A stretch of 64,000 bases of DNA, from assembly GCF_964355755.1 (NCBI RefSeq), contig NC_092678.1, forward strand, positions 14,906,371 through 14,970,370. Direction: 5' to 3'. The notes under the pieces are model-generated. The model was not told where the DNA came from. It ran no database searches and was given only the letters and a program-made list of their open reading frames with translations. The position numbers and the translations under genes were made by a program. Source of the DNA: Antedon mediterranea. Taxonomy: Eukaryota; Animalia; Echinodermata. Shown in pieces: positions 1 to 14,800 of this stretch (the first letter of the stretch is position 1; every line of letters starts with the position of its first letter).

Positions 1-39
1 GTCGTTTTGGGATCTTTTGAATGTTAGCCCTACTATTTA

Positions 40-1621
40 GGGTGTGTAGAAAGCGACGACCTCGAATTGGACGACCCCAACGACCCGGGCGACCTCGAAT
101 TGAACGACCTCGAATTGAACGACCCATAACACGAAACCGACGACCCCTATAGCCTAGCCTAGCCTAGGCCTAAGTGTGGTATAACATCCCAAAGCCGAAC
201 ATAGCCAAAGATCTTTAAACTATACCTTATTATATAATACTCGCAAGCAAGCAATTGATTGAAAAAATACAGAAATATCGCCATTTGATACTGATTGTGT
301 CGACACGAACAAACGAAAGATATGGAACGCCAAGAGTGCATCATTAAAACTGCATTCGACATATTAAAAATAAATTAAAAAGAAATAAATATTATACAAT
401 ACATGGTTAAACCATGGACGTATAATTACATCTCGTCTTCTTATAACAAACACTATAGGCCTACCAAGCAGCGTAACATGGTTGGTTTTAAACAGAAAAG
501 GAAAGTAGTCATATTTAATAATTTAATTGTTTTTAATCTTTCAAGGTAAAAATGCAGTGCACTCCATAATATTTTTCTCGCGTGTATGCCTACCACGTAA
601 AATCACGTTGTCTCTCAGGACTAATAGAGTATTGATATTCTTCGAATGAGGTTAAATAATTATTAATTTTTATTTACTATCTTTTAATATCATATTTTAT
701 TGAATTTTACAATGTTAATACACAAAATATTTTACTAACAAACGGTGATTTTATGCAATTATTTTACTTCAACTGCCGCCTGAGGGGGCAACATGTTTAC
801 GTCATTTTTGGCTAAAAACGATCATTTTCGGTCATGTTTTAGGCCTTATATTTTGGAATCTACAAGTCAGATATTCATAATTATTTCTCTTTAATTATAA
901 TATTTAATAATATATACTAAAAACCGTGATATATAAACTTTGGAATATACATCGTTATATCTAATAATTAATATAAATAGAACTTCTATTAAACAGAAAC
1001 GAGCACCGGCGAAAGTAAGCATTTGGCGTTTCATAGAAAATAACGTTTTTCTGGCGGCGCCTCAACTTGTCGGCGGCTCAACTTGGCCTAATCCTGCATG
1101 GGGAGGGCCATAAGAAAGCTTTACATTTCACACATGCATTGTATACGGTCAAAACATGGAGGTATAACAATATTTTTATACCTCCATGGTCAAACCATGG
1201 AGCTGGTCAAACCATGGAGTACCTCCATGGTCAAACCTTACCTGCCGCTGAAAAAGGGGCCTGGTTTGCCATGTTTATGATATTTCGTGTGCTAATCGAG
1301 TCGAATGCAGTTTTAATCATGCACTCTTGCCGTTCCATATATGTTCGTTTGTTCGTGTCGACACATTCAGTATCAAATGGCAATATTTCTGTATTTTTTC
1401 AATCAATTGCTTGCTTGCGAGTATTATATAAGGTATGGTTTAAAGATCTTTGGTTATGTTCGGCTTCGGGATGTTATACCATACTTAGGCCTAGGCTAGG
1501 CTAGGCTATTATAGGGGTCGTCGGTTTCGTGTTATGGGTCGTCCAATTCTAGGTCGTCCAATTCGAGGTCGCCCGGGTCGTTGGGGTCGTCCAATTCGAG
1601 GTCGTCGCTTTCTACACACCC
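40..1621. mobile_element. Non-autonomous MULE/foldback-like DNA transposon
   Basis: About 320-bp terminal inverted repeats (gggtgtgtagaaagcgacgacctcgaattgg... / ...gtcgtcgctttctacacaccc). 10-bp direct repeat ctactattta at 30-39 and 1622-1631. No transposase ORF. Confidence 0.85.
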
Positions 1622-1868
1622 CTACTATTTATTGTTTATTTATTATTACAGATTATATATGCCTACCATAATTCATTGCAGAGTTATTTATTTCGTCATG
1701 AGTATTTAATTCATTTTAGCAGGGTTATTTACATTGTGATAAGACTCTATAAAATTTGTAGCCGGGATCTATTTGTTACAATTATTACCTTAATTTTACT
1801 ACATTGTACCCTGCTTGACAATTACGGGCCATCATATTGATGAAGTATATGACAACATTTTCTTATAG

Positions 1869-1994
1869 ATTTAAATGAATGCTCTTCTGACCAATGTTCA
1901 ACAAATGGGGTGTGTTATAATCCAATTTCTACCCACTCATGTGAATGTGACACTGGATTCATACGTGAAGTTGGTAGAGGTAGAGGTTGTACTG
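1869..1994 (+). CDS. aGPCR exon: calcium-binding EGF domain
   Basis: tag|AT...ACTG|gtaagt, phase 1-1, translates to DLNECSSDQCSTNGVCYNPISTHSCECDTGFIREVGRGRGCT (six Cys, DxNEC motif). Confidence 0.85.
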
Positions 1995-4900
1995 GTAAGT
2001 GTTTTAAAGGAATACTGAATTAGTTAATTTTCGACATACTATGTATTAATTATATATCAAAGAGTTAAATAAAGTCATAAACAATATTAATATATTTACA
2101 CATTCTGAATTATAAGCCAATTAATGTTGTCGCCAATGGAGTTCCGTCATTTTAAAATATTACCCAGAAGCCGCGGGAGCTGGAGGGGCGGAAGTATCTT
2201 CATCCGGGAATGTTTAAATGTGTTTCGTATGCGTTTAGCTGTAATATCGAAAACAACAACGATTTGTTTATCCTAATTAAATTGATTTTTTCGAGTAGTA
2301 TAGTCTTTCTCTATTTCATTTGTGTTTGTAATTATCTTGGAAGTTATTGGTGATTTATCAAAACCAAAAAAATAGTACAAAATGGTGTTTTGTATGGCGT
2401 TTGGATGCAGCAATGCATTGGATAAGAAAGGCAGGAAATCCAAAGGAATACGCAATGTTAGATTTGCTAAAGAAATGGGTTGCAGCCATGAAGTTGAAAA
2501 ACCGCACATTAATATTTATTCCAGAGTATGTAGTGACCATTTTGAAAAAGAAATGTTTGAGGATGACTCCGTAAAAGTCAGTATTGTTGGTGCGAAGTCT
2601 AGGCCTACCAGGCGGTTGAAGCCAAATGTAGTACCTAAACAGTTTGTTTTCAATAAAGCGGTTAGCCAAGCAAGCCAACAAAGACAGGAACGACATAAAC
2701 TACTGACACAAAAGCGATGGCCCAAGACCAAAAACAAGTTACGTAACATACCAAATTCTGCTTTTTAATGTTCGGCCACACATTGAGTGAGGGGCTCCTA
2801 GGCTAGATAGACTAGGATAGTAGAGGCTAGGCCTAGTTAGTAATACTAATAGTAGGCTACTAGGCATACTACTACTCTAGCTAGTAGGCCAAGGAAAGTA
2901 GGTTACCGAGGTGAACGGCCAAACACAACAAGACTAGGCTTAGGCAAAAAAGTGTAGGCCTACACAGTTATCTCAATTTAAATTTGTTATATAAATCTTT
3001 ACTTTATTTATATAGCCTAGTACTTATTTTATTTTTAAGACCATTACCTTGGAGAACTTAGTGGAAAGTGAGAATGCAGAATTAATTAGTGGATCTACAG
3101 TTGACACAGCATTTGATGAGCAGATGGAAATTCCTGTTGAGGTGTGCAACTGTAGACATGGAACTAAAATCAGCAAATCAACACAGGTTTGTGGTACTTA
3201 AATTAAACAATCTTTTTTCTATATCTTTATTGGCCTAATGTGATAACAGTTTGTGGAAACTCTAGTTGAACTAGTTATGCCAACCCCTTCTTTTACCGTA
3301 GACGGACACTCTGGCAGACCAACTGAAAATCCAGCATGACCATTCATATGCGAAAATAATAAGGACGGACACCACAAAATCTAAGACTACAACCTCCAAA
3401 TGCAAATTAGTGCCAACCAAGAAGTCAGCAAGTTCACCAAAGAAACAACCTAGTGTTGAAAAGGAGCCAGAATTGTAATATTCAGATGTAGACCATTCTG
3501 ACAGTGACACAGGTAATGTTATTATGCTTTTGATCTTGATCACAGTAAAGACAAGCTGGAATAGATGGACTTTTGTTTTGTCTTGATTTTAAAGCCCCAT
3601 TCCCTACGTTTTTTAGATCTAATTTAAGATCACAAACTATATTTAATGTAAAAATAATACTATATGGTCCTATTGCGATAACTTTTTTCGTCTTTAAACG
3701 GTTAAAAATGTGAAAAATAAGTCGATTCTAATAATTATAGCGGCCCGCTATAAATCCCAAAATGCATTGCGCGCGGATTGATATATTTGTTTTTCACCTG
3801 TAATTCGCCCACTTTTCGATCCATCGTGAGGCCAAAACAAATGGAAGACCCCTAAATTTTCAGCGAAAATACCGGGTTTTCCCAAATTTGTATCAACGGA
3901 GTCTGGCAAAAATAGAAAGACAATTAATGCAGCAACTATACAACGTCAGGCTAGGTATATAGCTCGCGTACGATGTTCGTACGTTACCGATGTTTACCAG
4001 CTAGGCCTACAAAACTAAGCCTAGCTAGGCTAGGCCTAAGACCGTCCACGAGAGGTCGATCGCCGCGAGCTACTTAGGTAGTGCATTGTTTCTCACTTTT
4101 TATCATAATTTACCATAAAACGTACATTTAAGACAAGGAATGACATGGTTTAATGTTTTTAAAGTGATATATATGTATTATTTTCCAAAAAACGTCCAAA
4201 ATTGCAGGGAAGGGGTCTTTAAGCGTTAATTCTTGGAATAGACGATTTTCTTTTTTCTTGTATCGGAAAACTTTTACACAATACTTCTTTTTCAATACAG
4301 TAATTAGTTTTTACAATTTTTACGTACAGATTGTGAACCTACAGTTGACAGTGAGTATGAGCCATCAAGTAGTTCAGATGAGTCAGGTTCATCAAAAGAA
4401 GATGACCATACATCCAGTAATAACAATGATGCTGTATTCTTGGTCTACCAGTCATCAATGGACAAACTTTTTGAAACATGCAGCATTTGTGGCAGCATTC
4501 TAGAAGTAACTAAATTTTTCAGAGGAACTATGGTTGTGTACGAGTGGATATGCCACAACAATCATCGCGGTAGATGGGAATCCCAGCCAGTGATTAGATA
4601 TATGCCCCAGGGAAACCTTGATCTTGCTGGGGGTATACTTTTTACTGGGGGAACATACACACAAGTGATATTGCCAAGACGATGAAACTAAAATTTTTTT
4701 CAGTGGTCATATCTCTTCCCTGCTATGGATGAATTATATAAGGAGATTCACCTCATGTGGATTGATGCCTTTCGTTATCAGCATGTTTTTGTAGGAGGCG
4801 ATAGCAGGAGCGATACCCCAGGCCACAATGCAAAATATTTAACATATTCGTTTATGGAAGAGCACAGTGAATTGATTTTACATCATATTTTAACTTCAAA

Positions 4901-7900
4901 ATTGTATATACTTTTTCAACTACAACTTTTTAAGCACTTTATACTTTTTATCATATTTTAACTTCCAAATTGTATCTACTTTTTAAATTTAAGTTTTTGT
5001 GCAATAATATGTGTATTCTATTTTTTTAATTGCTTGTTTATATACTATATATCTGTGCCAATCATTTGGAAATTACTCCATGTATGGTTATATTCAACAG
5101 TTGTAATTAAACCTAAAACTTTCATTAGGAATCGGTTCTTTCAGTTCGTGAACTCTAATATCACTACGGGCGACAAGTGCTGTTTTTAGAACTTATCATC
5201 TGTATCATTTCTTGGTTTTCCTTTTCTTCTTGGCTCTAGTTGATAAGGTACTAGACCGTATTCCATTATTTTTTTGCTGATGATGTTTTATAAACTGACG
5301 ATAAGAACGAGAATTTCACACTGTGTTCCCAGCATGGAGGAGCCGGAAGCGAAATGAGCCCCTTCAGTGACGTCACAGCCTTGTTTTCGATGACAAGATG
5401 TCTGACCATCAAAATTATCAATTCTATACTAAAAACGACTGTTTGACAATCGATTTTATTGAAAATTACGTTATGAATGTTAAAAATTATCGATCAGATC
5501 GTGTTTATTACATTTTATCTACATGTGAATGATGTTTTTAATGCTTAATTCAGCATTCCTTTAAAGAAGCCAAAGTTATAGCGTGTGGCCCTGAGAACGT
5601 TCGACTCAGTTGAAACAAGGCAATCTATCTACCATAATGCTGATATCCAGAGATCAAATGGTTTATATGTGGCTGCGACATGATTAATCCCACGGCCGTT
5701 AACAGACACCGTGCACCGCGGAGAATATGTCATAGTACGGTACTGTTGGTATTTGTCGCAGCCAGCTGTTACGAGTTCCTATCTTGGCAAGTGAACTCAG
5801 TGTGTTCTTGTTAGATTGCCTTGGTTGAACCTGGATTTCCACATTCAATGTTATATTCATACCGTAACATGTTAACCTATTATTAATTATAATTCTGGTA
5901 AAAGGATATTTCTTCGCACTGCTTTAAGATTACAGTGACCGACATGTATTCCTATTAAAGTATCAATTAATTGAATTACCAAATACTTGTTGAAATAAAA
6001 GAATACAAATGTATACGAATAAGTTTATTCATCAATATCAATTTATTTTTACTATTTCAAGTTCATAAAAATAAATAAAAAATGCTGGTATTGATGACCA
6101 TAAGAGCAAAACTCGTTTGCTGGTCAAATTAAATAATTAGTGAACATTTTTTTTAAATAAAACTAGAATTTAATTCGTCACTTTGACGAATTACAGGTGA
6201 TCATTTTTATCATTTTACCGAAATTAATTTTTTTTAACATGCACGTACGTTAACATACGATCGGAAAATGTTGATGTATGACATCCTATTATACGCTTAT
6301 AGTGCTCAGTTGTGCCATATACAATATGTACAGTATATACTGTATATCTATATACAGTGTAGCATAGGTGAAATTACGGGACACACATCATGTTCTAATT
6401 TTTTGGTATGATGGAATTATCAAGATAAAGTTGAAATTGACAATTTCGAAAGATAATGAATCGAGCAAATAAATATAAGAATTGGAAAAGAATTTGGCAC
6501 GTAGAAGCGCAATGCGTGCTCTTTGAAATGTGTATAACTTTGACTAAAGAATTTTAAAAACTACTTTTTAACTTCAACATAATTATGATAACATCACAAC
6601 ATCCGATAGGTTTATTTTTTATATGAATTAATAACTACATTTCATCAGCTTTCATAATAAGTTATATTCTTCAAGATCACTTTTAATTCTTAAGAGCTGT
6701 AAGATAGTTAAATATACAGCGAAGGTGACATTACACGACCTACGTTATCCAGGTTTTTACGTATGATGACGTAATTAAAATGAAAATAGTAGCAACTCAT
6801 GAAAAAGTCAATTACTTGAGCAAGCACATACTACAATTTTAGCGAAGAGCAAGCTTGCATAACTCTGTTGAATATGATAACCTATACAAAAAAGGAAAAA
6901 CAAATCCTAATTTTTAAATTCAAGTGGCCATTTGATGACCTCACGTCATTTTGTACGCCAAATTTGTACATACATTCATATCTACAACTCGATGATTACC
7001 ACAATTAGTTTTGGGGGTCACCGAGCATTTTGAAGAATTATTTTTATTTTAAAAAACCTTATTTTTCACCAATTTTAGCACTTTTGTGCAATTAATGTGC
7101 GCATTTTAAGTCGGAACGGACTCAAATGTAGTGAATGTACTAAGGATGGTGAGTAGAATGCGATTTGTTAAAAAAAATCGTATTCTTGACACAAAAATCT
7201 GTACAGAAATAAATAAATAATATTGATTTCATACAGTAACAATAGGTGATCCTTTTATTCTAAAGGATCACCTAATTATCTCAAAAAGTTGAATGGCAAT
7301 GATCACAAGAATTCACAATGTCTTTCAAATACTTTAACTTACAGTAGTCCTAAAAGCTTTTCAGCGTGATCACTCATCCATGACGTCATTTATACGCCAT
7401 TTTGTGAAATCACATTATCAATCATAGCCTATCTCCATAATTCATTATCACATATTAATGAAATTCACTACACGTAAACTTCAGATCAAGGGTAAAAATA
7501 TTAGCAAATAAAAACGTAGGCTCATGCGCGTGAAATTGCGCGTTAAAAATTTAAAAAGCTCAAAATTACGTTTTGATCAATTTAGAGCACGAATTAAGCC
7601 ATTTGCGTGTTTTAAAACATTACTGCGCAAAAACACGTTTTCGGTACGTAGAAAGTGTAAAAAATACCATTTTTTTTGTACAAATTGCATTTTATTAATC
7701 TTCATTGGTACATTTACCAAATTTGAGTCCATTTCGACTTAAAATAGTGCTGTACGAGCACGTAAAAAATGACAAAATGCGCACAATAATTGTACAAAAG
7801 TGCTAAAAATGGTAAAAAATAGGGCATTTTTAAAATGAATATAACTCTTCAGAATGGAAGGTAACCCCCATTTTTTTTAACTTATTATGGAAGCCAATGA

Positions 7901-10900
7901 GTTTTAGATATAAATGTATATACACATTAGACGTGCAAAATGGTATGACGTCTTAATTTGGCCAAATGAAAATAGGGTTTTTTCCTTTTTTGTCCACCAT
8001 AGGCCTAATCAACAGAACGCAACTCGCTTGCGCTTATCTGTGATCGATTTTCTTTTAATTTGTAATATATTCTACCTCAACCAATTATGTTGCCAATATT
8101 TTCATTTGGATGACGTCATCACGTCTTAAAATTTAAATAACGGTGGTTACGTAATTTCACCTACAACATATATTTGAATACCTTACAGCTTTTTTCTGAT
8201 TTTTTTAAAGCACACAAATGGCCTAATTCATGCTCTAAATTGATCAAAACGTAATTTTGAGCTTTTTAAATTTTTAACGCGCGATTTCATGACTCTACGT
8301 CCGCATGCGTTTTTATTTGCTAATATTTTTACCCTTGACCTGAAGTTTACGTGTAGTGAATTTCATTAACTAGATGGTACGCTCGCTTCGCTCGCGTACC
8401 ATCTAGGTCGTGCCCACAGATGGTTCTCGAATACATAATAATTTTAGAGTTAAAGAACTGGCGATTTCAAATATACGTACCGCAGGACAATAATACATTT
8501 ATGTACTCAACTAAAATTAGCACCCTGGGAATTACTTCAGAAAGAGAAACTTGTCACAAAATGAGACCAATTGTTTAAGTCAAATTTAAACAAACTTAAT
8601 TTGTGTTTTATATGTAACATTAGGGTTGAGGGATGGGAAAGAGGATGGGTGCAAAGAGGAACAATTTTTAAATATATTCTTTTATCCATTTAATAACCAA
8701 ATATTAATTTTTTTCATGTTTTACAAATAATATACCACTAAACACAGTAAAGCATTGCGATGTAATACTTGTTGAAACTATCACCGTCCTAGTCGATTGA
8801 AAAGTACAGTACATGTAACGACACATCACTACGACGTGTATTTGTTTATATAATGTAAAACAATTTGTGAAAACCACCTCTATTCGGGGCAAATAATAAA
8901 TTCGATTTAATCGTCAATATATTAAATTATCTAACTCAACTAAATTAGTAGGCCTAATGGTTTTCAATTGTTTCTTAGAGCCAATTCATACTTAAAGTTG
9001 GTTCCTACCCTACCCACCAAAGTTGTTGCGTTTAGGGCATGTGATGCACTGTAGGCCTATCCTCTACTGGCTTTACAACGCTACTCATGCCAGTGAGGGA
9101 AGGGTGATGATGTGGGATGTTTAACTGCAATAATAAATATTTGTACATAAATATACGGCGACTGAAAACGCTAGCTCATTATCCCGCTCATTATCCGTTT
9201 AAAAAAAATGTATATCCAACCTCTGCAGCACAGATTGAAAAAAAAAATGGATCGAATTTCTGTTATGAGTATACAGTACTTGACTTTACGACGCCTGAGG
9301 GAATAGAAACTTGTGGAACAGAGATTGGAATGTTCCATTCATCGCAAATCAATACATTTGTAAAAACGTATATCAAATCTATCAAAACAGCATTTTTTAA
9401 AGAAAATCGGCCTGTCTTCAACATTATGATGCTGTACTCGAACTGTTCAACCGGTTTTCAGCTATTAAAAACAATTATCGTAGGAGGAGATAGGAAAATG
9501 CGAAGTGTCCTCGTATTATTGTGTGCGGGTATTTTTCAAATTGGACATCCATTAGACAGTGTATACCACGATCGAAAAACACCCCTATTTGGGGCAAATC
9601 GTTGAACCTAAATTCGTTTTAATCGTCAATAACTAATTATCGAATTCAATTTAATTTGTAAACAGGGTTACATCAGGTGGTTAAAATTAGTACAGAAAGT
9701 ACGAACCAACTTAACATACCATCGAGTAAACATTCTAGAAATAACGCGCGATTTACTGAATTTTGCCCTTACGTAAATTTATAAATAGATATGTGATAAT
9801 GAATTATGGAGATATGATTGATAATGTGATTTAACAAAATGGCGTATAAATGACGTCATGGATGAGTGATTACGTTGAAAAGCTTATTAGGACTAAGTTA
9901 AAGCGTTTGAAAGACATTGTGAAATTTTTGTCATCATTGTCAGTCAACTTTTTGAAATAATTGTTACACAAAAAGTGTACAGAAACAATAATAATAGTAA
10001 AGATTTTATACAATAACAATAGGTGATCATTTTATTCTAATGATCACCTAATAATTACAATAATAAATATTTTGTACAATAACAATAGGTGATCATTTTA
10101 TTCTAAATGATCACCTAATAAAGCTTTTTGTACAATAACAATAGGTGATCATTTTATTCTAAATGATCATCTAATGATGAAATGAGGTGGTCTCTGAAAA
10201 CGAGGAAGGTTTGTATGGAATAGACCCCAGATAACATGAATATTTTAAGAATGATGTAGCTGCTTATTAATAGGCTTGCAGTTTTCACACAGCGTCCGGT
10301 AAATACAACAAAGGTGTACAATGTACTGTAAGATACAATCATGGTGCATCGGCTTTAGATTTTTTAACAATCGGGTTGTAGCATTGATTTTAAACAGAAA
10401 CCCGTACTTTACAATATTTTATAATATACCTGTAATCTTAATCATCTCTCTAGTGTTATTGATTGTTAAATCAACGTTTTGTAATATTTTCTTACAAAAG
10501 GTTGCCCTCATGAAGTTGTTATGGCAAAAGGTGTGAATTACACATTTGAATATGCATCGTTGGGAATGTTGGCACATTCTCTAGAAGTATGTGGTGCAGG
10601 TGACAGTGAGTTCAATTAAAATTATAGATTTAGGCATGTGTGTTTTTCCCCAACAGTTTTAATATTGCGCCTGCAATTAAGTTGAATAATTTAAATGATT
10701 TATAAAAAAACTTCACGTATGTCGGTATAATAATACGGTATTAAACTCATTATCGTACTGTAGTCATTCAAGATTCCGTGTATGTTCATACCAGAGAAGA
10801 GTGAAATGCATAATGCGGATTAACAAAGATTTGATTACCGTATTACTTGGTAGTGTGGAAAGATGAGATTTATTATGTTTATATTTCATATTTTTACCTC

Positions 10901-11834
10901 ATGGAATTATTTGCCCCATTGCATGTAAAAAATAAATATGTATTGTTGTGTTATAAAATAAAATCAATATCAACTATTATTACACGCATTTCCTATTAGG
11001 TCCATTGGCCGAGCGGATGTGTAATCGCAATCTACATGGAGGAGTAGGAATCTGGGAAGCAATTAAAGTGAAATTATGCGATAACTATACCATTGATGAG
11101 TTAGTAGAGGTAGGCTAATAATTAGGTGATTATTTAGAATAAAATGATCACCTATTGTTATTATATGAAAACTTTATTCTTCTTCTTATTCTTATTATTT
11201 ATTTCTCTCTGTACAAGTTTGTGTAACAATTATCTCAAAAAGTTAAATGTCAATGATCACACATTTTTTTCACAAGGTCTTAATAATTTAACTTAATCAT
11301 AATAAGCTTTTCAGTGTGATCACTCAAACGTGACGTCATTAATACGCGATTTTGTGAAATCACACTATCAATCATATCTCCATAACTCTTTATCACATAT
11401 CAATGAAATTCACTATAAGTAAACTTCAAGTCTAGGTAAAAATATTAGCAAATAAAAACTTGCACGTTTCAAGGTCATGTGCGTAAAATCGCGAGTTAAA
11501 AATTTAAAAAGCTCAAAATTAGGTTTTGATCAATTTAGAGCATGAATTAAGCTTTGTCTACACTAACAAACTTTATGTGCCAAAAAAATGTGATGTACCC
11601 ATATATGGACATGTTGATCTTATATCACTACCATTTTAAGCATACCACTACCATATATGGGCACATCAAATTTTTTTGACACATAAAGTTTGATAGTGTA
11701 GACAAGGCTTTAGGCCATTTGTGTTTTTCAAAAAATTACTACGCAAAAATGGGTTTTTGCGCACGCGATTATTAGAAAGCGTAAAAAATAAAATGTGATG
11801 CATAAACCACATTCTATTCACAATCCTTAGTACA

Positions 11835-11866
<32 letters not shown>

Positions 11867-14800
11867 TGAGGGCGTGAAACAACGGTTGGTTTTTAAAATT
11901 TTCTAATACTGCTGCTCTAAAGTCGAAGTTGAAATCTGTGTTGAAACTTGGTTTTTGAAATTGATCATCAGGTAGGCTCCAGTCAGTGTATTGTAACGCT
12001 AAGCCGTTACGTTGGTTCCCCACGAAAAACGATCGTATAGTAGGTTACTCAAATAAATTGAATCGACCATTCTATAATTTCCGTCTACTTTAATATTTGA
12101 CATTAAACTTTTGTTGTAAAGAATCAACTTATCACCGATCGTGAAGATCTCGACCTTAGTTACAAGAAATATCAAAGTTTAATATCTCTGTTAGCTGTTT
12201 TCACAAATTTAAACTGATTTTACTGAGAAGATTGATACGTATTTTTAGCGCCTATTGTCAGATCAAAGGAATCGCCGCCCAGTGCAAGCTATTACGCAAC
12301 ACTGAAAGGACTATCAAGATCTTTTGTTTTCTTTTGTTTTTGTTCTTCACGCTTGATCGACTCTCGGTTTACAATAGCTTTTTGATACGACTAGGCGATG
12401 GCTGATAAGAAACAGAAAAAAAAAAACGAAAAAAAGAAGATATACAAATGCCAAGCTAATACAAATGGTATACATATGGAAAAAGAAATGGAGAGGATCG
12501 ACATATCTGATTTTCCCCCAACACTAACAAAAATGGATTCTAAGCCAAACTCACAAACTGCTTGTTCTCCGCCAACCTTATTGAGAATCTGCGATGAATT
12601 CCCTCCAATAAATGAGCAACATCCTGGAACCTTTGATAAAAGGTTTAACAATATTATTGTCAACTATATGGAAGAAAACTATGAGCCTAAGCTACAAATT
12701 GTAAGAACAGAAAATGAAAATCTCAGAACAGAAAACAAATCACTAAAATCTGAGGTTGAGTCTCTGAAACAAAGGCATCTAAAAATACACTGTCCCAAAA
12801 AAAAAAAAATGATGACATTTCTAAAATTAGAGCTGAGATCGACAAATCTAATGAAAGAATGAAAAAATTGGAGAAGGAAAACAAAAATCTGAAACTTGAC
12901 TTTGAGTCTTGGAGGTTATGGGAAAAACGGACAATGAACAAAGAAGAACAAATAAAGACATTACGTCAACAAGTTACAGAAACGGAGCGTGGCTTATCCA
13001 TAGCTAAAGACGAAATATATGAACTAAAAAGAACGCAAATTGCCATCGACACCTCAGATTTTGAACTACAACGTAGGACGAGAAAACAAATAATGGAAAG
13101 TCACACAAGTTCTACGACAACGCAAACAAGGAAAGTTTCTTCTAACACAAACGATTCTATTACACAAACTGAACAATTGATTGATAATCTGTTTGAGGAG
13201 CTTACCAACAGGCAGCCATCTTCTACTCCTTCAAAACTGACCAAATCAAAATCATCTGCGTCTGCTGCATACCAGGATCAACTAAGCCAATATAGAAACA
13301 AACACAAACAGATACACTCTGATACAGCTTTAGATAAAAAAAATCTTGATTATTGGAGATTCGATGATAAAACAGTTTAAACCAAAACGACTTAGCAGGT
13401 CAACAAATCTGAACGTAATCTGTCAGACAATGAGAGGCGCGAAAATTGATGACATTGCACACAAGGCAGCTGTCAACAGAACATAATATGGATATAATTA
13501 TTCTACACGCGGGAACTAATAACTCCTCAGATGACCCAGCCACTATTGCAGTAAAAATATCATCTCTCGGAGAATCTTTACAACCGAGAAGAGTAACAAT
13601 CTCCTCGATAATTCATCAAAAACATGAATCTCTTACAGAATCTAAGCGTATAAACGATGCCAATGACAAGATACGAGCAGTTGCTAGACAGCGAAATTGG
13701 GGCTTTATTGACAATAGTTGTATCATGTCAAAACACCTGTCTTCGGATGGAACTCACCTAAACCAAATTGGAGTTGGGTCATTTGCCAAAAATGTTATAA
13801 ACCACATCAATGGAAATTCGTGTGACGAATCTTTGTCTGTACCTGTGCCTGACATACACCAGCCACAGTCGTCGATTTTTCATCGTGCGAATATGTATCA
13901 ACGACAAACGGAAGCAAATCGTCCATTGGAGAATCATCAATTTCTACAAAAAAAACCCCACAGAGACCAAATACACCAAGAGTGGAGCCAGTACCTGGAC
14001 ACAGTCCACCGACTGCAAAAGGACACAGCGCCATAAGTACTCATTTTTCTAAATTAAAATTATGTGTACTTAATGCTCGATCCACGCAACGCAAAGCCTC
14101 AAGAAAAAGAGTGGAGCAAGTATCTGGAAATGGTGAGACGAGTACTAAATCCACAGAAAAACATAGGTCTATAGAAAAAGCACATATTAATTTTGGCGTT
14201 CTAAATGCACGTTCACTGCGTAAAAAGTGTGATGAATTTGTGGACTTAGTTGTTAGCTATAATCTAGATGTAGTGGCGGTGTCTGAAACCTGGTTAAGAC
14301 CAGATGATGATCTTGTGATTGGAGATTTAACTCCACTAGGATATCGCTTTGTGCATGTCCCTAGGGTGGACAAAACTGGGGGTGGTGTTGGAATTCTGTC
14401 TAAGTCAAGCTTAGTTGTTAACTTGAAAACGGATGTACATAAATATGCATCATTTGAGGCTATACATATTACGTCTAACTCGAAATCTCTTCGTTTAGTT
14501 AACATATATCGACCACCAACCTTGTCTGTTACAGAGTTCCTAAATGATTTTGAAAAAATTTTGTTTGACTTTATTCTCTTTTCGTCTGAAATTGTTTTCT
14601 GCGGAGACTTTAATATCCATATGGATAATAAAAAAAATGTGGCAGCGGATAGATTTAAAACACTGCTTAGATCGTTTGGTCTCCAGCAGCATATAAATGA
14701 ACCCACACACTGTAGTGGGCACTGCCTCGACCTTATCATCACTAGAGATGATCTACCTCTCTCGGATGTAAAGATACACCCTGGCCTGTCAGATCATTTT

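Larger units (their letters stand above)
2008..5560 (+). mobile_element. Kolobok DNA transposon, degenerate and internally deleted
   Basis: TTAA at 2004-2007 and 5561-5564. 15-bp TIR aggaatactgaatta / taattcagcattcct (RR...YY ends). Contains THAP, transposase remnants and a convergent KolX-like remnant. Confidence 0.85.

Noticed and set aside
1067-1504. 145-aa ORF and its mirror ORF at 159-362
   Set aside because: Chance frames across the inverted repeats of the foldback element.
9117-9605. 162-aa ORF and related ORFs at 58643-60633
   Set aside because: They lie in non-autonomous Helitron sequence, the frame is not conserved between copies, and there is no Rep or helicase motif.
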